From the IMG/VR virus record IMGVR_UViG_3300042569_002607, positions 1 to 64,000 of that record: a stretch of DNA of 64,000 nt; one strand, written 5' to 3'. This stretch comes from a virus. The notes below the pieces were generated by a model that worked only from the letters and a program-made list of their open reading frames with translations, did not search any database and had not been told where the DNA came from. A program made the translations under genes and the position numbers. Positions 29,895 to 39,207 of the stretch are shown in pieces; the first letter of the stretch is position 1; every line of letters begins with the position of its first letter.

Positions 29895-30832
29895 TGCTGC
29901 TGCTTGACGCGCCGTTCGACAGCCAACCGCAGGAAGCGGTTGAAATCGACTGGGGAAACTCGATCACAGATGGGTTGCTGTGGGCGCAGAACGGGTCGTC
30001 TCTGCTGAACACGTTCGGACGGCAAGACATTATCCAAATCAATGGAACGATCTCGCCATCGGAAGCGAATGCCATCGGGTCAGGCTTGCAGTTCAGTGCG
30101 TCGCAGTGGGTTCGCTGTTATGAAACAGGCGCACCACGAGGAGACAGGCAGTTCACCGGCCTTGTGGTAATGACGCGCATTGGCTCGGGACGCGCCACGG
30201 TTATGGGAGCGTTTCCTGGCGCGGGCGGTACGGGTATGACGTACTTCGGCTACACGGTAACGGGACAGCTAGAGGTAGACACGAATGACGGGCAGTTCCG
30301 TGTCAATGTGTCGTCCTTTGCGCCGATCGCCGTCGGCGCATCCGGTGTACTCTGCGCCCGTTGGCGAGGAGACAACGGCGCTGACGTGTTTTGGAATGGT
30401 ACCAGAACCGACAACCCGTACACGACCGCGCTCGGGACACTCGCCCCGCGTGAGATTCAGCTGGGCTCGTGGAATGCAGGCGGCGACGCGTTGTTCAATG
30501 GCATTCTTCACTCATCGTTCTTTTGGGATCGTGAGCTGTCAGACGAAGAGGTCAGGAGCGTAAGCGCGAACCCGTGGCAGCTCTTCCGCGCGCCGGTGGA
30601 TTACTGGGTTCCGAGCGTCTCCCCGACGATTCTCACCCCCGACGCCACCCTCAGTAACACGAATTGGAGCGCTGTCGGTGCCGCCTCGTTACACGCGGCG
30701 CTCGCCGCTGGCGATAGCGACTACATCACCGCGAGCACGGCGGGCGCGGTGGCGGAACTGTCGCTGACGAACCCGTCGCCCCTGCTCACGCTGACCGACG
30801 CGTCGTTTACCGTGCGCGCACGCCTCAACTAA
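29894..30832 (+). CDS. LamG/concanavalin-like receptor-binding protein
   Basis: FNGILHSSFFWDRELSDEEVRSVSANPWQLF LamG C-terminus; AT-richer core. Confidence 0.65.
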   Translation: MLLLDAPFDSQPQEAVEIDWGNSITDGLLWAQNGSSLLNTFGRQDIIQINGTISPSEANAIGSGLQFSASQWVRCYETGAPRGDRQFTGLVVMTRIGSGRATVMGAFPGAGGTGMTYFGYTVTGQLEVDTNDGQFRVNVSSFAPIAVGASGVLCARWRGDNGADVFWNGTRTDNPYTTALGTLAPREIQLGSWNAGGDALFNGILHSSFFWDRELSDEEVRSVSANPWQLFRAPVDYWVPSVSPTILTPDATLSNTNWSAVGAASLHAALAAGDSDYITASTAGAVAELSLTNPSPLLTLTDASFTVRARLN

Positions 30833-30849
30833 CCCCTACTCACCCGGCC

Positions 30850-31284
30850 ATGGCAGACGACGTACAGATTACTCCCCGTAGCGGTGACAGCGCCCTCGAA
30901 AACATCAGTACCGAGGAAGTCACGACGCTGAACGGCAGCACGGTGACCGCGAAGCAAGTGCAGCGCGTCGCGCCGGTGCTCATCAGTGGCGACGCGACAG
31001 GCGTCGACGTCGGCCGCAACAACCCGATGCCGACCGAAGTCTACGGCGAACTGGTCGAGGCCATCGAAGCGATGCGCTTCGCCGTGCAATCGCTGACGCG
31101 CAGTGTGGGGCTGCTCACCGTCGACGGCGCGGGCCGCGTCCGCATGGTATCGGACTCGATCGCAATCGCGTCCGGCAACCTCACCAATCAGGGGCAACTC
31201 GGCGGCCTGTCGGCCAACGATGCGATTCCCTCGTTCCTCGGAATGCGCGCGGACGGCCTGCGCGCGAACATCACCATTACCTGA
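30850..31284 (+). CDS. hypothetical fibre-module protein
   Basis: MADDVQITP...QVQRV...DVGRNNPMP phage motif. Confidence 0.6.
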   Translation: MADDVQITPRSGDSALENISTEEVTTLNGSTVTAKQVQRVAPVLISGDATGVDVGRNNPMPTEVYGELVEAIEAMRFAVQSLTRSVGLLTVDGAGRVRMVSDSIAIASGNLTNQGQLGGLSANDAIPSFLGMRADGLRANITIT

Positions 31285-31295
31285 GCCCATAGCCC

Positions 31296-32726
31296 ATGCC
31301 TACGACCAACGGCAACCGAAAGCTCCTCGATCTCAAGCGCTGGGAAATGTGTGCACCGCTGCCGCAGATCACCAACAGCGCGATGTTCGTCGCGTCTTCG
31401 CGGCACTTCCGTCAGCAACAGATGCTGGTGTCGAGCGCGACGGTCGCACAGCTGCATAACCCTGGCGAAGACGGCTGGGTTGCGGTCCCGTCGCCCGCGC
31501 TCGGCAGCTTCGCCGTGGGCGCGTGTGGCGTGGGCGGCGCGATCTCGACGGGCGCCACGGCGGGTGTCGCGTCGCTGACGGCCACGGGCGGCACCACGTC
31601 GACGATCGTCACGAATCAAACGCTCGCGCGCGCTCTGCGCGGCTATCACGTGCACATTCTCGCGGGGCCGAACGCGGGCGTCACGTTGGAGATCCTCAGC
31701 AACACGATCGGCGCCAACGCGACGATTATCGTGGACGAGCAAGGCAGCGCGTTTACCGCGTCGACGGTGTATCGCCTGATCACGCCGGTGTGGTACGTGT
31801 TCGGCGGCGGGACGCTGGCGGTTGGCAGTTTCCGCAAGTACGACTACGCGACGAATACATGGGTCACGCTCGCGAACACGGGGTTGCCCGCCTCGTTCGG
31901 CACCGACGGCAAGCTGTTTAACACGCCATCGTGGATTGATACCGGCTACAAGCAGTTCGCGACGGGCACCGCGACGGCGGGCGGCGCGAGCACGCTGACC
32001 AACAGCGCGCGCAACTGGACCACGAATCAATGGGCGAACTGTCAGGTCCGAATCGTCTCCGGCACGAACGCGGGGCAGATTCGCACGATCGCGAGCAACA
32101 CCGCCACCGTGCTCACGACGACGGCCGCGTGGCCGACGCCCCCTGATGCGACGACGGTCTATAGCATCGAAGGCAACGACGATTTCCTCTACCTGCTCGG
32201 CAACAACGCGGTGACGCTCTACCGCTACTCGATCGTCGGCAACACGTGGACGACCCTCGCGCCGACCCTCGCGCGCGCGGGCGTCGCGAACAACGCGGTC
32301 TCGGCGCACTGGATTCACAGCGCCACGGCGGCCGAATGGAAGGCGGAGAACACGATCCAAAACGGCCGCTACGTGTACAGCTTTCGCGGCGGCGGCTCGG
32401 CGGCGCTCGATCGGTATGACATCGCGCTCAACACGTGGGCCGCGCTCACGTATGCGCCCGCGACCGAGACGCTCACGACCGGCACCAAATACTGCTACCT
32501 GAAGGACCGCATCTACATCACGAAGGAAGCGACCGGCCGCTGGTTTGTGTTTGACGTCGTGGAGAACGCCATGCACCCGTGGTCGACAATGCTCTACCCG
32601 CAGGGCGGCGCCGTGATCGGGGACACGTCCTGGGACGCGACGTTCCGAGACGGCACGACCGAAATCGACTTCGTCTACATGGCGCTCAATACCAGCGCCA
32701 TCGTCCTCCGCCAAATGGTGATCTGA
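31296..32726 (+). CDS. Kelch-like beta-propeller virion protein
   Basis: Repeats YVFGGG..RKYDYATNTW, YLLGNN..YRYSIVGNTW, YSFRGGG..DRYDIALNTW. Confidence 0.65.
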   Translation: MPTTNGNRKLLDLKRWEMCAPLPQITNSAMFVASSRHFRQQQMLVSSATVAQLHNPGEDGWVAVPSPALGSFAVGACGVGGAISTGATAGVASLTATGGTTSTIVTNQTLARALRGYHVHILAGPNAGVTLEILSNTIGANATIIVDEQGSAFTASTVYRLITPVWYVFGGGTLAVGSFRKYDYATNTWVTLANTGLPASFGTDGKLFNTPSWIDTGYKQFATGTATAGGASTLTNSARNWTTNQWANCQVRIVSGTNAGQIRTIASNTATVLTTTAAWPTPPDATTVYSIEGNDDFLYLLGNNAVTLYRYSIVGNTWTTLAPTLARAGVANNAVSAHWIHSATAAEWKAENTIQNGRYVYSFRGGGSAALDRYDIALNTWAALTYAPATETLTTGTKYCYLKDRIYITKEATGRWFVFDVVENAMHPWSTMLYPQGGAVIGDTSWDATFRDGTTEIDFVYMALNTSAIVLRQMVI

Positions 32727-32727
32727 C

Positions 32728-32898
32728 ATGACCGTTGATGATCTCATCGAGATGGCGGACGCGCGGCTCGCGCTGTGCGCGCAGCGTCGGAGCGTCGCGG
32801 TCGCGGACGGCGACGTGCAAGCCGTGATCCGACTGGACGCCGAAATCGCGCAGACCGAAGCGACGCGCACGGTGTTGCTCACGTCGCGCCCGTCGTAA
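32728..32898 (+). CDS. small coiled-coil protein (56 aa, below the ORF-track cutoff)
   Basis: MTVDDLIEMADARL...DAEIAQTEATR fills the gap between coupled genes. Confidence 0.55.
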   Translation: MTVDDLIEMADARLALCAQRRSVAVADGDVQAVIRLDAEIAQTEATRTVLLTSRPS

Positions 32899-32910
32899 CC
32901 GGATCGCCGC

Positions 32911-33921
32911 GTGTCGCTGCTCCTGCTGCTGCGGCCCAGTACGGAGCCTGCCGCCCCGCTGACCGTCGCGCTGCTCCAAGGCGCGACGGTCATTGCGACA
33001 CGCATCATCAGCGGGCTGACGACGACCGAGACGGACTACGCGTTCGTCCTCACGGCCGGCGAGCGCGCGGCGATTACCGATCAGACCGCCCTCCGGCTGC
33101 GCTGGACGCTCGGCACGGCCACGGCGGTGCGCGTCACCGAGGCGCGGGTCTCGCTCACAGGGACGCCATCGACGACCGGGGCGGCCCTCGCGGGCGACGT
33201 CGTGGTCACGATCGCGGCGACCGGTGCTCTCACGGTCGACAAGCCGCTAAGCGGTACGGCAGCGGTCGCGCTGGTGACGAGCGCCGCGTTGACGGTCGGG
33301 AAGCCGCTCGCGGGCGCGTCCTCGGTTGCCGTCACCACCAACGGCGCGCTGGCGGCGGTGGGGATGAGCGCCGCGAGTGCGGTGTCGGTCGGTACCGCCG
33401 GCGCGCTCGAGGTCCCGAAGCCGCTGAGCGGGGCCGTGCTCGCGGCGATCACCGTGAGTGCCGCCCTCACCGTGGCCAAGCCGCTGGCCGGGAATGCGGC
33501 GCTGGCCCTTACGACGGCGGGGGCCCTCGACGTCCCGAAGCCGCTGGCGGGCACCGTGTCGGTCTCGGTGGCGGCCGTCGGCAGTGTGGTGGTGCCGAAG
33601 CCGCTCGCGGGCGGGGTCAGCGTCAGCGTGGTGGGCGCGGGGGCGCTGCGGGTGCCGAAGCCGCTATCGGGCGTGGTGGAGATTGCCGTCACCACCAGCG
33701 GCGCACTGCTCTCGCTGACGATCGGCCGCTACCTCAACGGCGTACAAACCGTCGTGCCGCGCTACGCGGGAGTGTTGTGGGTCGGCGCCCGCGCTGACGC
33801 GGACCTCACGGTGGATGAACGATTGGCGAGCGTCGTGGCGCTCATCGCCCGCTTCGAAGCGGACGCGCTGCATTCCGCTGGCGGCGGTGCGCTCGCCGTG
33901 ATTGCCGGCGAACCTACATAA
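32911..33921 (+). CDS. fibre shaft-like protein with 20-aa KPL(A/S)G repeats
   Basis: Seven KPLxG repeats at about 60-nt period. Confidence 0.7.
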   Translation: MSLLLLLRPSTEPAAPLTVALLQGATVIATRIISGLTTTETDYAFVLTAGERAAITDQTALRLRWTLGTATAVRVTEARVSLTGTPSTTGAALAGDVVVTIAATGALTVDKPLSGTAAVALVTSAALTVGKPLAGASSVAVTTNGALAAVGMSAASAVSVGTAGALEVPKPLSGAVLAAITVSAALTVAKPLAGNAALALTTAGALDVPKPLAGTVSVSVAAVGSVVVPKPLAGGVSVSVVGAGALRVPKPLSGVVEIAVTTSGALLSLTIGRYLNGVQTVVPRYAGVLWVGARADADLTVDERLASVVALIARFEADALHSAGGGALAVIAGEPT

Positions 33922-33932
33922 CGCGAGGCCTT

Positions 33933-34313
33933 ATGGCGAACAACATCGCGCCCGAATGGCCCGTCGATAACGACGGCCTGTGGTGGTGCAAGATCACGCA
34001 GAAGCAGCCGAATCCCACCACGGGCGAGATCGAAGATATCGACGTGATCGGTCGGAACGACGTCATCGCCTTCCCGTCCGCGACCGAGACGCTCAGCGAT
34101 GCGGAGACAATTCACGCAGACCTGCAGCTCACGTTGACCAACGTCGCGGGCACCAACGTGTACTACGCCTATCCGCAGGGTGACAAGGCGCGGCTCCGTT
34201 TGTTGCCGACGTATCTCGACCAACCCGTGTGGATCCACTTTAAGGCGGGCGACGGGGATTGGCACGAGGCGGCACGCACGATGGTGCGCAACAAGCGCAC
34301 GGCCACGGGCTGA
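33933..34313 (+). CDS. hypothetical Ig/BppU-like virion protein
   Basis: GAGG RBS; beta-rich. Confidence 0.5.
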   Translation: MANNIAPEWPVDNDGLWWCKITQKQPNPTTGEIEDIDVIGRNDVIAFPSATETLSDAETIHADLQLTLTNVAGTNVYYAYPQGDKARLRLLPTYLDQPVWIHFKAGDGDWHEAARTMVRNKRTATG

Positions 34314-34315
34314 GT

Positions 34316-34708
34316 ATGGCACGCCCCGCTCAACCGCTTACGCCGGCCGAACCGACGCTCATCGTGGATGGGCGTTCGGTGTTTCTCGCGCGCTCTCCCG
34401 TCCTCGAGGATGCCCGCGGCGCCCCCTACGATGGGCGCCAGGTGTCGCTCTCGCTGACGGCCACCGACGACCCCGTCGGGGCGCCTCCCATTCACCCAGC
34501 CCTCGCGGGTCCGGGGGTCGGCATCGGCGGCGGGGTGTACACGCTCGCCCTGCTCCCGCGTGACTTGTGGTTACGCCTCGCCGCCTACGCGCACGAGCGC
34601 ATTTACGTGTGCACGGCGACGCCGGAGCATCCGCCGCACTTCAGCCCCGTGCGCGTCGTATGGCGCGTAGCCGAATACCCCACGCCTGCGATCGAGGCAC
34701 GCGCATGA
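34316..34708 (+). CDS. hypothetical protein (possible paralogue of the previous gene)
   Basis: IHPAL...GVYTLAL..DL..RL resembles IHADL...NVYYAY...RLRL. Confidence 0.45.
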   Translation: MARPAQPLTPAEPTLIVDGRSVFLARSPVLEDARGAPYDGRQVSLSLTATDDPVGAPPIHPALAGPGVGIGGGVYTLALLPRDLWLRLAAYAHERIYVCTATPEHPPHFSPVRVVWRVAEYPTPAIEARA

Positions 34709-34932
34709 CTCGGCGCCGCAGCACGCTCACGCTCGGGTACGAGGAGACGCAGGCGTCGCTTGACCGCGAAGACGTGGTCTTGCAGCAGCGCCGCGCGCAG
34801 CATCGGCCGAGTACGTCGCGCCCCCTTGCCCGCTGCGCCACGTGTGGGCAGTGGCCGCGCTGGCGCGAGACGGTGACGGGGACGCTTTGCGTGGGGGATG
34901 GGGGCTCGGGACATCCATACAGCACGCAGTAG
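34705..34932 (+). CDS. small Zn-finger-like hypothetical protein
   Basis: ATGA overlap; CxxC...C...H. Confidence 0.35.
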   Translation: MTRRRSTLTLGYEETQASLDREDVVLQQRRAQHRPSTSRPLARCATCGQWPRWRETVTGTLCVGDGGSGHPYSTQ

Positions 34933-35061
34933 GCGGCGAAACGTCCGCCAATTCGGGAGCCGACCCCGAGGATTTTCGGAGCCCCCCGCCACGCTGGAAT
35001 CGCGTAAAGCCCACGTTTTCAATCGTTTCCGGCCCTTTTGAACCAGTGTACCCCGTGCCAC

Positions 35062-35090
35062 TTGCGCAAGGGGTAGCCTTGGGATATCCT
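35062..35090 (+). promoter_or_regulatory. sigma70-like promoter of the DUF932 operon
   Basis: TTGCGC-17-TATCCT; overlaps an inverted copy of the 17-bp motif. Confidence 0.5.
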
Positions 35091-35162
35091 TATTGTGTGG
35101 CCAGCGCGGAGACACCACCTCCGGCACTGACGGCCCACTCCCATTTCCCGAGGATACACACC

Positions 35163-36218
35163 ATGGCTCACGAACTCGACACCCGCGACAACGGCGCCGC
35201 CGCCTTCGTCTCCCTCCGCCAGTCCGCGTGGCACCAGCTCGGCACGATCGCCGCCGACGAAATGACATTCGACGAAGCGATGCATCTGGGCGGACTCGAT
35301 TACCCGTTGGCCCTTCGTCCGCTCACCACGTCGCTGTCTATCGAAGGCGCGAACGGCGACGAAATCGATACGCTCGCGATCGACGTCCCGGGACATCGCG
35401 CCGTAGTCCGCGCGGACCGGAATCTGGTGCTTGGCGTGGTCTCCGATCGCTACGAACTGGTGACGAATCGCGAGGCCATGCAGATGGTGGACGTGCTCGT
35501 GAATGACGGCCTCGCCGTGATCGAAACGGCGGGCGTGCTTCGCGAAGGCGCTGATGCGTGGATGGCGCTGCGCTTCACCGGTGAGCAGATCGACGCGGCT
35601 GGCGAGAACGGCGGCGACGAGATCAAGTTCTACGGGCTGGTTCGCACGAATCACAACGGCAAGGCCTCGGTTCAGGTCGCGACGACCCCCGTGCGGGTGG
35701 TGTGCGCGAATACACTGGCCATGGCGCTGGGCAACGGGCAGACGACGGTCCGCAGCGTGCTCCACATGGGGGCACAGGCACGGAACAAGGTGCGCGACGC
35801 GGCGCAGTCGCTGTGGTCCGGCACGTTGCAGGACGCCGAGAAGATGGCGGCGGCGTTTGCCACGATGCGCCGCACAAGCATTTCCGAAGCGCAGTTCGAA
35901 ACCGCGGTACTCGATGTCCTCTGCCCCATGCCGGCCGAGCCGGACGCCGACGCGTCCAAGCTGGCCCACGCGCTGTTCCCGTCGCGCGTGCTGAAGGCCA
36001 CCGAAACGCGCTTCCGCATTCAGGAACTGTGGATCAGCGGCACCGGCCAGCAGGGCGCGTGCACCGCGTGGGATGCCTATAACGCCTGCACGGAAGCGCT
36101 GGACCACTTCGACGCGGTGACCGTGAAGGGCGAGCGCCTGACGGCGCTCCTGCCGACGGGCAAGCTCGCGCAGCTGAAGGCCACCGTGTTCGATCGCCTG
36201 CTGTCGCTGGCCGTCTGA
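35163..36218 (+). CDS. DUF932 (LGT_TIGR03299-like) protein
   Basis: MAHEL...AWHQLG...LGVVSDRY...ETAGVLREG...TPVRVVCANT...TAWDAYNACTE. Confidence 0.9.
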   Translation: MAHELDTRDNGAAAFVSLRQSAWHQLGTIAADEMTFDEAMHLGGLDYPLALRPLTTSLSIEGANGDEIDTLAIDVPGHRAVVRADRNLVLGVVSDRYELVTNREAMQMVDVLVNDGLAVIETAGVLREGADAWMALRFTGEQIDAAGENGGDEIKFYGLVRTNHNGKASVQVATTPVRVVCANTLAMALGNGQTTVRSVLHMGAQARNKVRDAAQSLWSGTLQDAEKMAAAFATMRRTSISEAQFETAVLDVLCPMPAEPDADASKLAHALFPSRVLKATETRFRIQELWISGTGQQGACTAWDAYNACTEALDHFDAVTVKGERLTALLPTGKLAQLKATVFDRLLSLAV

Positions 36219-36225
36219 TGACCTC

Positions 36226-36264
36226 ACGCCGGCGCGGGACACCACCCCGCGCCGGCGTCTTTTC
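36226..36264 (+). terminator. intrinsic terminator
   Basis: 13-bp stem ACGCCGGCGCGGG/CCCGCGCCGGCGT followed by CTTTT. Confidence 0.7.
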
Positions 36265-36285
36265 CCCTCTCCCGAGATCCGCCCG

Positions 36286-36564
36286 ATGACCTGTCCCATT
36301 CCCGTGCGCCGCGCGACGCGTCGGCGCCCCAGTGTTCCCGCGACGTCCAGCCCGGCGTGCACGCTGCAGCGCATTACCGTCGTGATTCGGCTCGGTGACG
36401 TCGTTGTCACCGCGTGCCGCGTGGCGGGTGCGCGCTATGTCCTTTGCTTCGATCGCGGCGAGCGTCGGCCCCGATTTGTGACGATGCCACGCAAAACGCT
36501 CGCGACCATGCTTCGCTACGCGCGCCGCGTGGGGCTCCCGTCGCGCATTCTCGGGAGGGTGTGA
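36286..36564 (+). CDS. hypothetical protein
   Basis: ORF in a co-oriented run. Confidence 0.4.
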   Translation: MTCPIPVRRATRRRPSVPATSSPACTLQRITVVIRLGDVVVTACRVAGARYVLCFDRGERRPRFVTMPRKTLATMLRYARRVGLPSRILGRV

Positions 36565-36566
36565 AT

Positions 36567-36938
36567 ATGCCCACCTTACAGGGAAACACGCTGCGGAGTG
36601 CATTGAGCCTCGCCGCGCAAGTCATGAGTGATCTGGACGGCGACCTGGCTTTTGCGCTGCATATCGCCAGCATCGGGCACGCCGCGATGACGGATATGCT
36701 GGCGGACGTCGTTCTTGCCGTCATCACCCGCGTGGTGGACGAGACGGGATCACTTGAGACGTATTGGGAGGGCATCGAGCATCGCGGGATTCCGCTCTAC
36801 GAATGCGCGAACGCGATCGCGACCGTGATGCAGGACCGCGGGCTCAGTGACGCGGCGACGTTGGAAGCCGCTGCCATCGACGCGTGCCTGGCACTGCTCC
36901 AGCCGATCCCGACGGCGGAGGACCGGCACCATGGCTAA
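36567..36938 (+). CDS. hypothetical protein
   Basis: GGAGGG RBS; acidic, helical. Confidence 0.5.
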   Translation: MPTLQGNTLRSALSLAAQVMSDLDGDLAFALHIASIGHAAMTDMLADVVLAVITRVVDETGSLETYWEGIEHRGIPLYECANAIATVMQDRGLSDAATLEAAAIDACLALLQPIPTAEDRHHG

Positions 36939-37191
36939 ATGGTACGCAGGCTATCGCACAGCGCTCGGTCTCGAGAGTGAGCCGGTGGCGCATGACACGT
37001 GGTCCGACGCACGCACGTCGTTGCGAGACATCGCCCATGTGCAGCTCATGAGCGCCATATGCGCCGGGCGGGCTTCTGCGGTGCGCGAGATGGAGGCGGT
37101 GCTCGATGACGTCGACGCGTGCACGGCCGATGCAGAACACGAGTTCGAAGGGGAGGGGCTCACCTTCTTTCTGGAGGAGCGCGCCCCATGA
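36931..37191 (+). CDS. small acidic hypothetical protein
   Basis: GGAGGA RBS; overlap coupling. Confidence 0.55.
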   Translation: MAKWYAGYRTALGLESEPVAHDTWSDARTSLRDIAHVQLMSAICAGRASAVREMEAVLDDVDACTADAEHEFEGEGLTFFLEERAP

Positions 37192-37577
37192 CGATCCTCC
37201 CGCCCGCGGGCGCGGTTCCGGCCGTTCCTTGCCCGTCTCCCGACACTTCTCCCGTTTCCCCTTCCCTACCTCCTTGCGCACCAGATGCGTCGGTTCACGG
37301 GGCCATTCCGCGGCGTATTGCGCCGGCCGCGCTTGACCGATTTATGACGGTGTACGAGCGGCAGCTCCGCGCGCTCGTTGTCCGGCCATCGCTCGGCTAC
37401 GGCTTCACGCTCGACGAGGTCCCGCGCGTCGTCGCACGAATGCGCGAAGCCTTCCGCACGGGCACTTACAACCGGAAGGGACATGCGCTCAACGGGACGT
37501 GCCGGAGTCTCGGGATCTCCACCTCGCGGCGGTCAATCGACGCGTACCTCAGCGGAGGGCGCGGTCATGGACCATAA
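37188..37577 (+). CDS. hypothetical phage protein
   Basis: GGAGGAG RBS; ends TCRSLGISTSRRSIDAYL. Confidence 0.55.
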   Translation: MTILPPAGAVPAVPCPSPDTSPVSPSLPPCAPDASVHGAIPRRIAPAALDRFMTVYERQLRALVVRPSLGYGFTLDEVPRVVARMREAFRTGTYNRKGHALNGTCRSLGISTSRRSIDAYLSGGRGHGP

Positions 37578-37905
37578 CGATCCCGCCTTCAAGCAATGGC
37601 TCGTCAGCGTCTCGGCGGCCGCCGCGCGTGAGCTGGCCGACGTCGTCACGCGCCCGTGTAGTGTGGCCGTCGTGCGCCGTGCCGTGCGCGCGGCGCTGCA
37701 GGACGACGCCTGTCCGTCGGACATCCGTGGCGAGCTCGTGACACACCTGACGCGTCTGACGAACGCGAACAAACCGGCGCGACGTGATGCGCCGGTGTTG
37801 GTGAAGTTCTCCGCCGAAGAAAAAGCGCGCGTGGCGGAGCGCGCCCGTGCCGCGAATGTCGCGGTGGCGACCTATATCCGGGCCTGTGCCCTAGGAGAAC
37901 TCTGA
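37567..37905 (+). CDS. ribbon-helix-helix (MobC-like) DNA-binding protein
   Basis: RRDAPVLVKFSAEEKARVAERARAANVAVATYIRACAL. Confidence 0.65.
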   Translation: MDHNDPAFKQWLVSVSAAAARELADVVTRPCSVAVVRRAVRAALQDDACPSDIRGELVTHLTRLTNANKPARRDAPVLVKFSAEEKARVAERARAANVAVATYIRACALGEL

Positions 37906-38561
37906 TGCCCCCGCGTTCCCCCGCGAACAAGTTGAGACCGCCGATGCCACCAGCCTCACCGGAAACGGCAGCGCTTACAATGCAGATGGTCCCAACTCTG
38001 TCCCTGCAGCCAGCGCCGTGGAACCCGCGGCGCATCGCGCCAGATGCGCGACAACGGCTGCGGGCAGGCATCGAACGGTTTGGCTTTGTACAACCCGTCA
38101 TCGCGCGCGAGGAGGACCGCCTCATTGTTGGCGGACATCAACGTTGGGACATCGCCGTTGAACTGCAGCTGCCCACCGTACCCGTCATCTTTCTCGCCGG
38201 TCTGACGGACGCGCGTGCAAAAGCGCTGGCCGTGCTGCTCAACAACAAAGATGCCCAGGGAGAGTGGGAGATGTCGTCGTTGACCGCTCTACTCGAGGAG
38301 CTTGCCGTGGATCCGCTGGAGGAGTTGCTGTCGGCGACTGGCTTCGAAGCGAGCTCGCTTGAAAAGCTGCTTGGGACTGGCGCGAGTGACGCGGCGGTGC
38401 TCACGCCGCTCGAAGTGCGGCCGCTCCCGAAGATGGTGTGGGTGCTGATCGGTGCGCCGTCTGGCCAGTACGCCGATATCGCCGACCGCGTCCAAGAGAT
38501 CGCGACCGTCTCGGGCATTCTGTGTGAGGTGGTGTCCAGTGACCACGGAGCGCCGGCGTGA
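37905..38561 (+). CDS. ParB N-terminal (ParBc/Srx) domain protein
   Basis: LQPAPWNPR...IERFGFVQPVI...IVGGHQR...LNN..GEW. Confidence 0.85.
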   Translation: MPPRSPANKLRPPMPPASPETAALTMQMVPTLSLQPAPWNPRRIAPDARQRLRAGIERFGFVQPVIAREEDRLIVGGHQRWDIAVELQLPTVPVIFLAGLTDARAKALAVLLNNKDAQGEWEMSSLTALLEELAVDPLEELLSATGFEASSLEKLLGTGASDAAVLTPLEVRPLPKMVWVLIGAPSGQYADIADRVQEIATVSGILCEVVSSDHGAPA

Positions 38562-39205
38562 GCGGCACGGGCAAAGTCGACAACGACTACTTCGGCGCGA
38601 AGCTGGCGCTGCGTCGGTACTTCCTTCGCACCTACCACGCGGGGCAGACCACGAAGGTGTTCGATGCGTGCCAGGCGACAGGACAATTGTGGAAGACCCT
38701 GCGCCAGGAGTTCGCGGTCTCGTACTTCGGCGTGGATCGTACGCCGCAACCCGGACGCCTGCAGATCGACTCGGCGCGAGTGCTGGCCACGCCCGGGTGG
38801 TCGTTCGACGTGATCGACGTCGATACCTACGGCGCTCCGTGGACGCACTGGGAACAGATTCTTCGGCATGGCCGCGCGCCGGTGTCGGTGTTTCTGACGA
38901 TCGGTTCGACGATGTTCAACGGGAGCACCGACAACGTCGCGCTACGCGCGATTGGCCTCGGGCCGATCATCAGCAAGATCCCGCCGTCGTTTCGCCGCCG
39001 GCTTGACGAACTTGGCGTAGATTATTGTCTGGCAATGAGTTACACTTACCGCTGGCGCGTGGTTGACGCACAAGAGGCACCCCGTGGACGGTCTGCGCGG
39101 TACCTCGGTCTCCACTTGGTACCCGAGGCTGTCGGCACGTCCGTGCCAAACCCGCAAGCGACCGGACACCACCCGGCGCCTGCGTCACCTTTCCCGAGGA
39201 CCTGA
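38558..39205 (+). CDS. Rossmann SAM-methyltransferase-like protein (TcmP/Trm1-like)
   Basis: VFDACQATGQLW (motif I-like), YFGVD (motif II), FDVIDVDTYGAPW (DPYG-like motif IV). Confidence 0.55.
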   Translation: MSGTGKVDNDYFGAKLALRRYFLRTYHAGQTTKVFDACQATGQLWKTLRQEFAVSYFGVDRTPQPGRLQIDSARVLATPGWSFDVIDVDTYGAPWTHWEQILRHGRAPVSVFLTIGSTMFNGSTDNVALRAIGLGPIISKIPPSFRRRLDELGVDYCLAMSYTYRWRVVDAQEAPRGRSARYLGLHLVPEAVGTSVPNPQATGHHPAPASPFPRT

Positions 39206-39207
39206 AC

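Noticed and set aside
28607-34932. Diversity-generating retroelement or invertase shufflon acting on fibre genes
   Set aside because: No reverse transcriptase, TR/VR pair, dedicated invertase or inverted fibre cassettes were seen
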